The position numbers were made by a program, and so were the translations under genes. From Eutreptiella sp. 'Long Island Sound 2002' (taxonomy: Eukaryota; Protista; Euglenida), in assembly GCA_964036045.1 (NCBI GenBank), contig OZ038378.1, positions 139,252,001 to 139,316,000 on the forward strand: 64,000 nt of DNA, written 5' to 3'. The notes beneath the pieces were generated by a model that saw only the letters and a program-made list of their open reading frames with translations, did no database searches and had not been told where the DNA came from. Position 1 is the stretch's first letter; every line of letters begins with the position of its first letter. Shown piece by piece: positions 14,401 to 27,799 of the stretch.

Positions 14401-17400
14401 ACCCCCCCTTGCTACTTAGTGGCTTGCAGAGCCGGCAGGCCCCTCCACGGGACCCTGGCAATCGGGTCCCGCCACGGTAGCGGCCTTACGGCACCCCACT
14501 GGTGGGAAACCACAACCACGAGGCTGGTCGGGGGCCCCGGAGAGAGGTGCAACGCCACCTTTCCATCCGTGTCCACGGCCGTGCCGCGTGGGGCGGTAAA
14601 GGCGTGTCCTCCAACCTGGCAGATCGTCACCCCGCCCCACAGGACCACCATGGTCTCCTAACTGGGGCCGCGGCCCGACTGCCGCGGCCACACCACCACA
14701 GGTGGGCACGGGCTGTTCGCCGCCCACAACCTCCAATGTACCCCCACCAGTCGGTCGCAGCCCGGGGGCCGCCAGGAAGCATCCCATGAGCACGGGACCT
14801 CGCGGTGGACCACCGTCAACACCTAGGCACCATCTCCACTCGTGAAGCAGAGCCCCTCGGGGAGGCGCTGCGTCATGGGGTTGGGGAGGCGAACGGACGT
14901 GACCTCCATACCCTGGCGCAGTCCGAACGCCGGCTCACCCTCCAACAGACGGACCTCCGGGTCCACCACCGCCCACCGGGCTGCGACCGCGGGGAGATGC
15001 AGCGACATAGTCCATGGTAGGAATGTGACAGGCTCGCGGGGCAACTCCGGACAGGCCGCCACGGAGCTACCACCCGTGGCCTGGCTCAGCGCCCTGTTCC
15101 ACCACTGTGTCCAGGTAACACTCGCCATGGACAGCGCCCAGGACAAGTAGGTCACCACTGCCCGAGCTTGCCACCGTTGCAGGTCCATGCCCGCTGGGCG
15201 TGTGTGCTACGCGCACACCCACCCCAGGGATGCCTCCTTGAAGGACATCATGTCTCTCCATGGGACCACCGGAAACGGGGTGAGCAATGCTGCCATGCCG
15301 CAAGGCAGCGCCACTGCCCACACGACTCTACCCGCGTGGGCAACCGCGTACCCCACCGCCGGCAGCCCTCCACCCTGGCCCGCCTCCACCATGTCGCGCA
15401 GGAGCTCCTCACGGCGAGCGGCTGAGGCGGAGGGCCCCCACACAGAATATTGTCCCAAGGACCAGCAGCACGTTCTGGGGTACTCACTGTGGCATTGGGG
15501 ATTTAGGGTGGGCGAAGCGGCACGCGCCGGCCCTCATGCACAACCCTATAGCCCAGTGCTTGCAGGTTTCCGCCTCGACTGCCTTGGGCCGCACGCGGCC
15601 CTTCACGCCTATGGTGCTAGCTCGGGTCCCATGCTGCTGGGGTGAGGTTGCACCCAGAAGGCGTGGAGGTTGTGGTCGCCGACGGTGCGGATGGCTAGGA
15701 GCGCTTGTCGCTGGCAGTCGGCAACGCGGTCCTCACCCCCACCTCCAGCTGTTATCACCTCGCGAACCGCGATGAGTTGGACGTGGAAGCCCACGTGGGG
15801 GCGGCCCTCACGTGGGTTCTTGCTGCGGCCAGCGAACCGCCCCCACCCGCTGTTGGTGTGGAGGGGGAGGAACGGGGCCAAGAGGGCCTGCAATGGGCGA
15901 AGGGCATGGGAGGCGAAGAGGATGAGGGCGTGGAGATCACGCGCGAACAGGCATCTTCGCTGCTCCTCCACAGGGCCACGTAGAGGCCCTCCTCCGCCGC
16001 TCCATCCAGCCCTACCTCCTACAGCAATCGCCACGCCACCAGACGCATCGCCAGCGGGAGGCGCTCCGTCAGCTCAGCCCCCCGGACGTCCCCCGGATGG
16101 TAGTCCAGGACTGCTGTGTCCCCCAACTAGGCACAACAGGCCTCGTGGATTAGCATGGGCACATCCGCCAGGCCCACCTCCCGGGCGACTTTCCCTGGTG
16201 GCTGGAGCTCGAAGCGCTCCATGGCGCCCGCTAGCCACGTCGCCGCCTACTGGCCACGATCCGAGAGGCGGTGCTAGTGGACGCCCTCGGCCGCGTGGAA
16301 CCTGCACTGCCGCCATTAACAACACCTGCAGGGAGGTGGTGGCATTGCGGTAGGCATGGGCAGCATCGGCACGTTCGCTGGGTCCGTGTCCATGCCGACG
16401 TAGACGTCGGGCCCATGGTCGTCCTCGAACAGGAGCGCCAGTGCCGAGTCGCTGGGCACGCACTGCATCTCCTCCTCCACTTCCTCCGCATCCACGTCCA
16501 CCATCTCTTCACTGTCCCCCAAAGCTGCCGCCCCCGGCGGCGACTCCGGCCGCGAGGGGTAGGGCGCCAGGGGCTGCTTGTGTGCGAACTTCCTGCCACC
16601 GCTTCCACCACATCCAGCCGAGCCCTGATGTTGTCGGGCAGCCGGGCACAATTGATGCCCGCATCCAGATTCATGTTGCACTCCAGCCCGGCCGGACACG
16701 GCTCCCGCGGCAGCACCACCCGCCAGTCCCTACACTCTCACATCCACTTTGCCACCCCCATGGCGGCCGCGTCCTATCATCGCATCCTATCTCCATTCCT
16801 CCCGGGCTCATCCCCATCCCGCTGGCCTTGACAACCGTCTCCTCCTACATTGATCCACCCGCCTCCCAACCGCCACGCTCTCGCCCCGCCTCGGCACCAG
16901 CCGATTGGCCCAGTCTCCTCCCCTCACCGGCCGCCGCCCCGGCATGAGCGGCAACAAGATCCGACAGCGCGCTCCGCTCGCCCTCTGCCACCTCGAGCCG
17001 GTGTGCAGCCAGGACCTTTTCTAGTAGCAGACTCACCTTGCGAAGGCTGGATGCGGGCACCCCTCACATTGCAGGCTTTGCTTGTACTCGCATAGCAGTA
17101 CCAAGGGTACCCCTCGACGCCGCCAGATTACCTCCACCGGTCGACTCCGGGGTGCTTTGCATCGGGGCCACCAGTTCTACTGCATCTTCGCGCCGTTGTC
17201 CACGGTGTACTATTGGCGTCCGCCGTTGCGGGGCTTGTATTACGGCGGCCCCGGTTTGCAGGCCTCGGGCTTGTCGCCAGTGCCGATGACGTGACGCGTG
17301 CCACGGACGGCTCCCCTGACGTCGCCAGAGGTGCCTGAGGTGCTCTCTCTCTGCTTCTAGCTGCAACCCGGGCACCTACGCCTGCTCCTTCGGCAGATTC

Positions 17401-18605
17401 GGCATCTGGGAAGTCCCAGGCATCGCCATAGGCACCACCGGCAATGCGTTGGGTTGTGCCCTCGGTGCTGGTTCCGCTCTCACCCGTGGCGTTTCCGCTA
17501 GCACCGCTGAGGGCGTGGGCGCCACCAACACGGGCACCGGCGCTACCTACGCTTGTGGTTGCCTTGCCGGCACCGCCTGGAGCGTCGGTGCCACCTGTGC
17601 CGGCTGCACCCCCGTCGGCATTACCGGGGGCACCGGTGCGGCTTGTGTCGGCGGCATCTCCCCAGCCACCACAATGGTGCCCGCGTCGCGTGTGGGGGCT
17701 GCGCTAGCGTAGCGTGCCCTTGTTGCACCCCCGCAGGCGCCGCGTAAGGCGCCGGTGCCACGGGCGCCAAAGGTACTCCAATTGGCATCCCTAGGGCCCC
17801 GGTGCGGGTAGGGCTGGCGGCATCCCCACAGATACTGCATGGGGTACCGGTGCTACATACATGGGCTGTGCTGGCGCTGCATGTGCTTGTGCCCCCCCCC
17901 CGCCAGCGCCGCATGGGGAGCTGGTGGCACGTGCGGAGGCTGCACTGCATGCGTCCCGTGCTAGTGGTGCTGCTCTTGGTGCTGGGGGTGCCGCGGATGT
18001 ACATGGTGATGCACATGGTGGTGTAGGTGGTGGTGGAAGTGGTGCGGGAAGGTTGAGAGAGCATGGTGCTGGTGAAGGTGGTGGTGCACCGCGGCATGCC
18101 CCATCGCGGGGAATTGGTGGTAGTGGTGATGGTGATCGTGAGGTGCCCCAAGGGGCAGGGACGGCAGAGGCGGGAGGCCCACAGGTGGGGGCATAAGGAA
18201 CAGGTGAGCCCCATGCTCTTGCCCCATCCACCCCGCCGCCTGTCCTGCCGGTTGCCTTCCACGCTGCGCGTCCTCTCGCGGCCCATAGTCCACCTGGAGG
18301 TGGTGGAGTAGCAGGTGGAGGATGGCGACCCCAAAGGGTGCCGTGCCCGCCGCAAATTGTGCTTGCACGTCAGGTGCGTTAATCGGCGGGGGGTCGTTGA
18401 GCAGCACTCGTCGCTCGTAGAGGTCGCCGAAGTGGTCCCACCTGCTGTCCCTGGCCGGACGATCGGCGTCCCCGCTCGCCTGGAAGGCAACGTATGAGTG
18501 CTGCCAATGTCTGATGAGGTCAAACAGATCGTCCACCAGACAAAGGGCACGCCGCTGGACGGTTGTCAGCTCCGTGCGGGTGGTCGTGATTGGAGACAGC
18601 GACAT
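11466..18605 (-). mobile_element. Non-LTR retrotransposon 5' part: giant degenerate ORF plus N-terminal half of APE endonuclease
   Basis: YWNIQG, LFQET and GGLLIA at 11466-11815. Eleven track ORFs from 18605 to 11718 lie in one minus frame, separated mostly by TAG. His-rich tract at ~17965-18120. Confidence 0.75.
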
Positions 18606-19469
18606 GTTGCTTACTTGGGCTACGCCAGCTAAAGGGAAAAGGGGTAGGGGGGGGGGAGAGGTTTGGCACCTCAGGCCAACCCCGAAACGTGGGGCTGTGG
18701 TGCTCTATGGCAAGGGTCGGTGTGGGGCCGGGGTTTGCACGCACTGAGCACGACACTTAGCACGACAAATGACATTGGGCTTTGTACCTCTACCCTCCTG
18801 TCGCCCCCCCCCCCCGTTTCCCCCTTGTTGTCCCCGCCGGTTCCCTTGTGCCCTCCGCCCCTTCTTGGTCGTCGCCTGGGTGGGGGGGGGGGAGGCAGCA
18901 CTCGTTTACCCATGGGGGGGCCGGTGCTTGCACTCCGCGTCAAGGTGCAACTCTGGTGTACGGGCCGTCCATTTGTACCCGACTCGTACAAATGGACACA
19001 CGTCGTAACCAAGTAGGCCGGCCGTCCCCCCCACCGGGGTCCGGTACACTTTGGGTCACAGGAGGAGCCCTTCCGGGGCCGACGCGTCTCTTGCCGGCTT
19101 CGATGGATGGTGTGCCCTACCCGCAGCCCTCACTGGGCACCAACCGCGGTACGTGCCGTGGAGAGTGCTCCGTGTCAAGCCCAATGGCCACCCCACCGGA
19201 CCGGTGCCACCATGGGCCGCTGGCCTACGGTCCCAGGCGCATCCCACCTTCTTGCGTCAGGTGAGGCGGGCCCATACGGCCACCGGGGGGGGGGGGGGGC
19301 GAACCCCTCAGGTCAGGTTCCGTACCAGCGTCCCCCTTTGTGTGTCGGGGGTTCTTGCGCGACCCCTGTTGTCCTCACGCCTGCGGTGCCCACCCCCCTC
19401 GCCCCCCCCCCCTCCCGCGCCCCCTCTCCTGGGCCGGTCCCCACTCCGCCCTTTCTAGCCCCCTGCTTG

Positions 19470-20370
19470 CTCGTCGCACCCTGCTTCGGGTGTGTCCGGT
19501 GTTGGTGCTTGACCCCCGGCGCTGCCTTTCCGCCAAGCCTAGTTTGTGCCCGTGTTGGGGGGCATGGGGTGGGGGCTGGGACTTGTTTTCCTCTGCCTGC
19601 GTTGTAGCGCGCACTGGACATAGCAAGTATGGATAAGGGTTGGGTATGTTATGGGTTTAGGACACGCAAGTAGCGTAGCAATAAGCGCCACAAGGTGAAA
19701 CCCATTGTGTTGTCCCCCCCCTCCATGCCAGTTTCCTATCACCTGTTCCCCTGGCTGGCTAACTTTCCCCGGCGTGCGTTCACTCGCCATAGGTGGTTCT
19801 TGTCTAGTAGCGCCGCTAGGGTTGTGTCCGTTTTGGCCATGGGGGTCGTGGGGTGGGGGATGTGTCTCGCCTTCCAGCCTCTTGCCTGTTTTGTAGCACG
19901 CACTGAACATAGAAGGTATGGGTACGGGAGGGATTTAGGGCACACAAGGAGCAACGCAATAAGCACGACAATGTGTAACCCCCCGCCCTTAAGTTATCCC
20001 GCCCCCCGCAAGTCAGCCTCCCGCCACCCGTTCCCCTGCCTGGCTGCCTTTCTTCGGCGCGCGTTCGCCTGTCACAAGTGGTTCGTGTCTGTTAGTGCGG
20101 ATGGGGCTTTGTCAGATTTGGCCGCAGAGCCCGTGGGGTTGGGGCTAGGTTTCACTTTCCTCCCTCCGGCCTGCGGGGTAGTGCGCACTGAGCATGGTGT
20201 AGGGTAGGGTAAGGTTTGGGTTTGGAACACACATGTAGCGATGCAATAAGCACCACGACTCGCAATCCCCTGGCCTTGGGTTGTCCCGCTCCCCCCGCCC
20301 GTCCCCCTGGTTGACTTTCGTCGGCGTGCACTCGTCCGACCTGGTGGTTCGTGTCTATGTGTTGTGCCTA
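19470..20370. repeat. Three diverged ~290-bp tandem monomers upstream of the LINE ORF
   Basis: GC(G/A)C(G)CACTG(G/A)(A/G)CAT..GCAATAAGC motifs recur at ~19608, ~19897 and ~20182. Confidence 0.6.
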
Positions 20371-20554
20371 GGTGGTGTCAGGCTGCTGCCCCCCCCCCCC
20401 AATCTATTTGTTTCGGGGATAAGGGGGCGTAGGAGGGGGGGGGGGGTTGCAGGTGCCTCTCCTCCCATCCTCCTGTTCGCACGACAATCAGCAAGCACGG
20501 GGGGGCCATAGCAACAGGATATACGCCGACTCCCTCCCACTCTCGGACCACTTT

Positions 20555-20770
20555 CAGGGCCGGGGGGGGGGGGGGAAGGGGGGCTGAGTCTGGAGGGGGG
20601 GGGAAGGGGGGCTGGGTCTGGGGGGGGGGGGGGGGGGCAAGGGGGCTAGGTCTGGGGGGGGGGGGAAGGGGGGCTGGGTCTGTGGGGGGGGGGAGGGGGG
20701 CTGCCAAGAAGGGGGCGGGGCAGGCTTCATACGTTGCCAAGAAAGGGGGGGGGGCAGGCTTCATACCCTG
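20555..20770. repeat. G-run minisatellite (G9-AAGGGGGGCTG(A/G)GTCTG), G-quadruplex-prone
   Basis: Direct reading, ~4 units. Confidence 0.7.
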
Positions 20771-23457
20771 GTAAATATGGCATAAGATGACCGCCTCATC
20801 ACTACATCACCCCTACATTCTCGGAGATCCCCAAAGACATGGGGGACAAAATCAGAATTGGTGGGCCACACAAGTGGGTGGAAATGCTACATCACCCCTG
20901 CATTTTCGGGGATTCCCAACAAAGGGGACAAAGTCAAAGCAAAAGAAAAAGCAAAAGAAACAAAAACAAAAGTTTCCCCATGGTGCCCTTGGCCCTACCT
21001 ACAGTCCTGCAGACTGGCCACACCAGGGTTTGAACCTAGGACCTCCCAGTTGCAGAGGCACTGCTTTCCCACTAGAGTATGGCCCACCTCTGACATACCT
21101 CCGTACAGGGGTTGTATTGATATTTGGTCCAATTTGGTTTTCATCCACTATGGGGTTCTCCTAAAAAAATTGAGTATTTTGAGTATAGACACATGGGGTG
21201 AAAACCCATTTCACGCTCTATCAAGTCAAGCAAAATTTCCTTAGGGCGCCTTCGGCGCCCATGGCCCGGCACTCCCGGGCCAAAACCCGGCAGGGGGGGG
21301 GGGGGGCGGCGTAAAGGGTCCGGTCCAGGCGGCCCCCCCGTGTCAGCAGGCATGAAGCGAAGCAATGGGGCGAGAGGGCAGGGGACATCAATTGGACATT
21401 GATTTCTTACTGACCCAGGGCGGTAGTCGCCTCACCTCGTCAATGTCTTCATTGGCCCGTGCCTGTTCCCTCCTGTGCCCATACTTACTGGAGGAGGTAC
21501 GTACCCGGGTGAGGATGGATGATGAGGAAGTGTGGGCAGCGGGGAGGACTTACCGTACGCCACGAAGGCTTCTTGTGCCATCCGCCGCCCTTGTCGAGGG
21601 GAGGGCCCCTGTGTTGGCACCTAACAGCCCGGGGGGGGGGGGGGGGCATCCCATCCTTTCTCTTGTGCCCGTGTCTCCACTTCCAAACGGATTGATACCG
21701 GTGCCTCGATATCACCCCGTCGGAAGTGGCGGCTACAAAGCGGCCGTGCGCTCTCGCCCCCCCGGGTCACTGCCACCCCTGAGCGCGATGGAGGCCCCTG
21801 AGGTCCGATGGCAATGACGCGGGGAGGCGAGCGGGAGATTTTGGGCATCCCCTGGTCACCTAACTAGGCTGCATAGTACCTGCCGCAGGGGGCCCACCGG
21901 ATGGCGCCGTTGGTCGCCTCCCCCTCTGCGTGCATGTATAATCCGCCACCCAATCTCGCTACATCAAAACTAGCGCGGGGGGCCCAACGGATGGCGCCGT
22001 TGGTGCCCGTCCCCTCCGCGACGGCGCTCTCTATCATCTCCATGGCGGTGCCTACCGGCTGACATGGGGCATACGGTCATATGGCAAACCGGCATGGCAT
22101 GCAATAAGCATCACACTGAGCACAGTCATTCCTGACCCCCTACCGTCGCCCCTCACTCTTCTGCTCTCCGCCGTTCTCCTCCCCTCTCTCGCCCCTCCGC
22201 CATCCCTGGTGCGCGTTGCACTAAGCACGACAACCCCTGTACCCTGTCTCTCTCTTCCGCCGCCCCGGTCCCCTCCTGCCCCCGCCGTTGCTGCCCTCTA
22301 GCCTTGCCTCTCCCCCTCTTTGCTCTCGTCTCCCTCCTTGCCCCTTTCTGTTTCGGCAAGCACTCAGCACTACAAGTTGCGAGCACCAGCTCACCTGTTC
22401 TTACTTGCCTCTGCCCCCTCCGTGCACGCAATTAGCACGACACCAGCGCCCGGCGAGTGCCGGGGGTCCAGTGGATGGCGCTACCGGCGCCCGTCCCCTC
22501 TGTGCGCCATTCAAGCCCAGCCACACATTGTGGCACGGGAGGCCCAGCGGATGGCACCGTTGGTGCCCGCCCTCCTTGTGCCCATCCCGTCTCTGACTGT
22601 GCCTGCCCAGGCATTCAGTTGCCGCAACCTTTACGCGACTGCATTGCGACTTGTCCACCAAGTTGCACGCACATGTATGCACAAGTATATCAGGGCATGC
22701 AATTAGCACGACACTGAGCGCGGCAAGCTCGCCTACCTTCCCCTGCTCCCCGCCTCTCCCTTGGGCCCCTAGCACCCCTGCCCTGCTCCTCCCCCCTCTA
22801 CATACATACATACCCTCCCACTGTCCCCTAGTGAAAGAAAAATTGTGACTGGCCTTCTGGGACCCCGCTTATCGAACGAAAAGAACACAAAAAAATTACC
22901 CGATGCTCCCAAAATGCCCAAAAACCATCCTTAACCCCCCCCCCCCCCCCGGAAGCAATGTCGGAAAAAGGGGGGGGGATTCGCAAACCCATGGCATGGT
23001 ATCGGCATGGTATCCAATATCTTAGAACCCCCCCCCCCCCCCCTGGTGACAAACTACAGCAAGTACTCCGTTCCTATTGCAACCAAAAGTTGGGACCACA
23101 AACTCGCATGGTTCCAAGAGTTGTGAAAACAGGTCAGCCTATTTAGGTCCTGCGCGCTGTGCATACAGGGGTCAGCGTAGAGGCAAGAGTAGGCCTGGCC
23201 TGTGCGCAACCTCCCTATGCCTCCCCTTTAGTGTACACGGCACGAGGGAAGGACTCCAAACGTTGTGAAAACAGCGCCAGCACTCTGCAGTACCAAAGCA
23301 ATAGATTTCACTACTCTCCGGTCCCTTGCACGGTGCCTCATAGGCACAGCCCTGGGGCACCACGGAGTACCCCCTCTGCTGATGTTGACCGACATCCCCA
23401 AAAGCCCTGCCTACTCCAAAGTGGTGGTCCTGTCGCATTCCCAATGCGGGCTCATAC

Positions 23458-24012
23458 TGGGACGGTGTGGCTGACGCCGTCGCCGCAGTCCAGCACAAGG
23501 CCTGTGGTGCGGCCGCTGCTGTACAGCGACAGCACGGCCTGGATCTGCACGTACATGCCCGGCACGCTGAACGTCTCGAACATGATCTGGGCCATGCACT
23601 CACGATTCTTTCGGGGGTTCATTGGGGGCTCGGTCAAGAGGACGTTGTGGTCTTCTGGGGCCACTCGCAGTCGGTCGTAGTACGTGTGGCGCCACAGCGC
23701 CTCCATATCGTCCCAATCTGTGACGATGCCATGTGCAATGGGGTACCGTAGCCGAAGGAGCCCGGGTTGGCTCTGGGCCTCGTCACCCACGTGTAGCCTC
23801 GGCTTCTGAGGGGAGGCCAGTGGCTCCAGCAGCGCATCAGCCTTGGACTCCCCCACAACCGAAGAGAACACGCAGTGGGGGGCGTCCTCCCCAGCAAAGC
23901 CGGCCTTACAGCGGCCACTGCCATTATCGATGACCACCGCATGACGCATGTACGGGTCTGTCGAGTGCCTCTTGGTGGCGACATCCCCGTCGTCTGAGGG
24001 GCCGCGCTTCAT
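23458..24012 (-). CDS. Divergent actin / actin-like protein, first coding exon
   Basis: [45 protein letters not shown] and [28 protein letters not shown], followed by a GT donor (CCA|GTATGAG). Downstream exons were not found in the window. Confidence 0.9.
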
Positions 24013-24549
24013 GCCACGCGCGAAAAAACTCACGAAAGAGCACCGCATGAGGACAACAGGTACCCCAGGGGGGGGGGGATTGACAGGCAATGCACACTTG
24101 CGGGAAGGACAAAGCACCCTCTGGCCGCGTCTGTGTCCAAATGCCCCCCAATATGCTGTCAAGGAATGGCTCTGTCAAGCAAAAGGCAAGCAATGGGGGA
24201 GGGGGTCCACCGAGTTAACAACTGAGGGGGTTACAGAGAGACAGTGCATGCGGAATGGCATGCACAGACGCCGCATGGAACGCAACAAGACAGATGTTTA
24301 CAAATTACACAATGGCCTCAAGGTTACGTCGCCTTTGACGGATGGCGGGCTGGCATTACACCAGATGTTTTGGGCCCATCGGTTCGTGACCCTTACGCTG
24401 ACCACCCTGCGTGCAAAGTCCGATATGCTGCTGCATGATCTCCAGATGGCCCTGCCAGCAAAGCGGTGCCCATTCACAACTATCTGTCAATACTCAGTCA
24501 GCTAGGCGCATGCACCGCACTCCATGTCGACCTGCTACAACGGCCACCT

Positions 24550-26220
24550 GGAGGACCCAACATGATTGACTCCGAAAGCTCTGACAACGGTATCATGCTC
24601 TAGGCACGTGAGGGGCAAATGGGCTACCCGTCACACACCCGGCACTACATCGACCTGTGCCGATACTGGGAGGATCCTTTGGCGGGTACCATACCGCCGG
24701 GATATGAACCCACGACAATTGCGGGAATCTGTTGCTATTCAAACCATGTTGCTATTCAAACCAGCAGAAGCCCGAAGGCACACACCTGAATTCTGATGGT
24801 AGCCTCCAGGCGGCAGAGGTTGCCGGCTACACGTACCAGGGGCTGCCGTCACTGAAGGCCCTCTGCGCATCATTGCAAGAATCACGGGACCAACAGCCAT
24901 ATCGAGCTAGAATGTTCGGGGCCACCATCGGCACAGCCATCACCAATGAGGGAGATTGGCAATACATCGACGACAAAGCAGTGACCCAATGCGCCACCAA
25001 ATCAGGACAAAGATTGTTCCGATACTGACATACGTCTAACAGTTTGTGCCAACACAACACACAAGCGCCTGAACTTGGAGTGGATCGCAAGTCCTCGTGA
25101 CGAATCCAAAGCCGCCAATGCGGCAGAGCGAGAACACATCCGCCGCAACAATGAGGTGGATCTCCTGGCCAAGATAGCGACACGCCTACCGCTGCCTAGC
25201 TATGATCCACGAGAACTTGGCGACATTGCCGTCTGCGTGGGACCTGCACCCACACCCGCCTGCAAGTGGATCCCATGACACCGACGCACAGCAATATTCC
25301 CGGGCACCCATTGGACATAGTGGCTTCCCATGCGAGGCACACATTGTATGCTCTTAGTGCGCTGGCTCGGGGTGCATTTGAGGTGGGACGGAACCGGCCC
25401 TCCTTGGGATCACACCTCCCAAAAATGTCACATGTGCCCGCTTCACCATGGCACCACAATACACCACCGCCTCATCCCCTGCATGAGGTGGAAGGTGGCA
25501 TTGCACAACATGTGGCTGGGTACTTGAGGGCCCTGACACGGAATCGTGACAGCATACATGGCATCAGGCATAAACGTACCACAGACGCACGTGAGTAGTA
25601 CAGTACTTGGACCAGTGCCAGCAACAACCGGTATCGGAACCACAAGCCGGCTACAAGGTACCTGGCTGCGCCGTGGTTCACATACCAGTGCGTGCGGCAT
25701 CCTCAATGATGTAGCGGAGGCCGCTCACGGGAGGCGCGCGGCTCACTTGCTCATATTGCACTTTGCCATGCACCAGCGCCTCCAACGTCTCGAGGGATGG
25801 CTCGGCCGACATGCGCCGACTCTCTGGCCAGCATTGGCAAGTCCAACGGCACTTGATGGAAGTGGAAGGGGCGTTGGCAGCGGCACATTTGCCAACGCAC
25901 CCTTCCCCTACTTCGTCTCCCGACCTGTTGTAGCACCGGACAGAGCCGACGTGCGTTCCACAACTGTCGGCGCGGCGCATGGGATCACCGACCGACTCCG
26001 CACAGCATGATGACCCTGCGGCACACGCAAAGGGGGTTCCCTCAACCGGGTCCTCCAACAACTCACCGTCGCCACTCCCGAAACGCGCAGAATCGATCTC
26101 AGTCACACGCACCTCGCCTCATTGGTGTCCGACACGGACTGCATCGCAAAAGATTACATGGCCAACCCAAGGGAGTCTAGGACCCCTAGTTACGGCTTTG
26201 ACAATTTCAAACCGGCCTTC
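24550..26220 (+). mobile_element. Degenerate non-LTR retrotransposon 3' fragment with RNase H
   Basis: NSDGSL, YIDDKAV and EWIAS...HIRRNNEVDLLAKIA resemble RNase H motifs. The frames are broken and the boundaries are approximate. Confidence 0.55.
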
Positions 26221-27799
26221 ATGATTGTTGATACCTGGCCACGCCTGACACCACGCCTGCCTTTTTGTCATTGTATCATATGCTAGAGTTTCAACCGCTT
26301 TTCAAGAACTAATTGACCACTCTTTGAAGTTCCGGAGTCAGCCGGAAAAAAAGAATGTTTTTTCAGCAAATCGCACACAAATTGCCTTTTTTTGCATAGC
26401 TTCTTTTGTCTACATTGGCATGTGATGGGAACAAAACATTTTTGTGTTGTTGCGGAGCTCCAATTTGAGGTCTATAGGTACTTTCTGGACTGCCTATTTT
26501 TTTTTGCGCCCTCCTCGCACCATCTACCGGGGTAGAAATGCCATTGTGAGCCCAGAAAAGCTGACCTTTCACGATCTTCTTACGGACCTACAACGTAGTG
26601 GCTCCAGCACCATGAGTGACACCTCGTACCACACCGATAGCCCCCAACACTAGTACGGCGGCATGAGCGGCGGCAGCACCGCATGATCGGAACCTACCAG
26701 AGAGGCGTCATAGCAGCGTAAGGTCCGTCGGCAGGACCCAGATCACCGCCAGCACAATGCAAGACCAGGGTAGAAGCGGGGCCACGATAAGGCCTCCCGT
26801 CACACGTTCCGAAACCGACCGCGAAAGTCATAATCAGCGCAGCCCGTACACGTGAAGGTGTACAACACGCTCCCGCCCATGCCACCGATGCCCCCATGGC
26901 CAAGTCACAGCAGCGACACCTACTACGGATGTCCTCTGCCCCCACCCCACTCGCCCCACTCACCCCCGCCACCGTGGCCCGAAAAGCCAAGGTCCACGCA
27001 CTGCTGGCAGGACAGAAAAAGAAATAAATCCAAGCAACAGGAGGAACAAGAGGGACTCCGGCGGCGAGCGGCCGCGAGGCCACATCAAGCACGGACCGAA
27101 ATGACTGAGCTGGTGGACACGTGATGTCACCAGGCCAGTGCGGCGATACCATCGCAGCCTATCGTCCCAGTGCACCCACTCATGGAGTATGCTATGCCAC
27201 CCGCAATCGCATAACAAATGGAATTAGCACAACCGCGGATGTACGGCCCCCGCCAGCAACCAGATGAGTCCCTGCCCCACAACCACGTCATGGCGACCAC
27301 CATGGAACCACGGGGACTAATGGATGTGTTGGGGTTTTGGTTCATTTTGGGTGGGCAGGTCGGTATAGCCAACTTCCATCACCATCGCCTTGCCAAATTC
27401 TTGTAGACACTCACTCGCGCACCTGGGGCTCACCGGTGGCTACACAGCAAATGCTGCATAGCTTTGCAGGAAATCAAACGCAACGGAGCGGTGTGTGTCT
27501 AGTTCCCATTCACTGAGCTTTGGTAGCAACCATTCCGCACGTCAGTCTTGGTATCGCATCATCTGTTCGCCTACATCCAAGCGGTGCAAGAGGGTGTAGC
27601 GTTGTGCGCTTATTAGCGGGTTTGCGAGTCCTCCGGGCCTTGTCCTTCGCGGTTCACCGAATGTTGATGGCAGGCCAGGCCCCGGTTGGGGTTGACGTCT
27701 GTCGACTGCAGGGTTGCGAGGCACTGTCGGTGGTGGGAAAAGGCAGGGACTAGGCAAGTACGTTTGTCCACCTGCGTCTTCCGCCTCTAACGTCATGCC

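Noticed and set aside
11767-18550. Many plus-strand ORFs of 100-240 aa
   Set aside because: These are GC-rich shadow ORFs opposite the single consistent minus frame that leads into the endonuclease, with no motifs.
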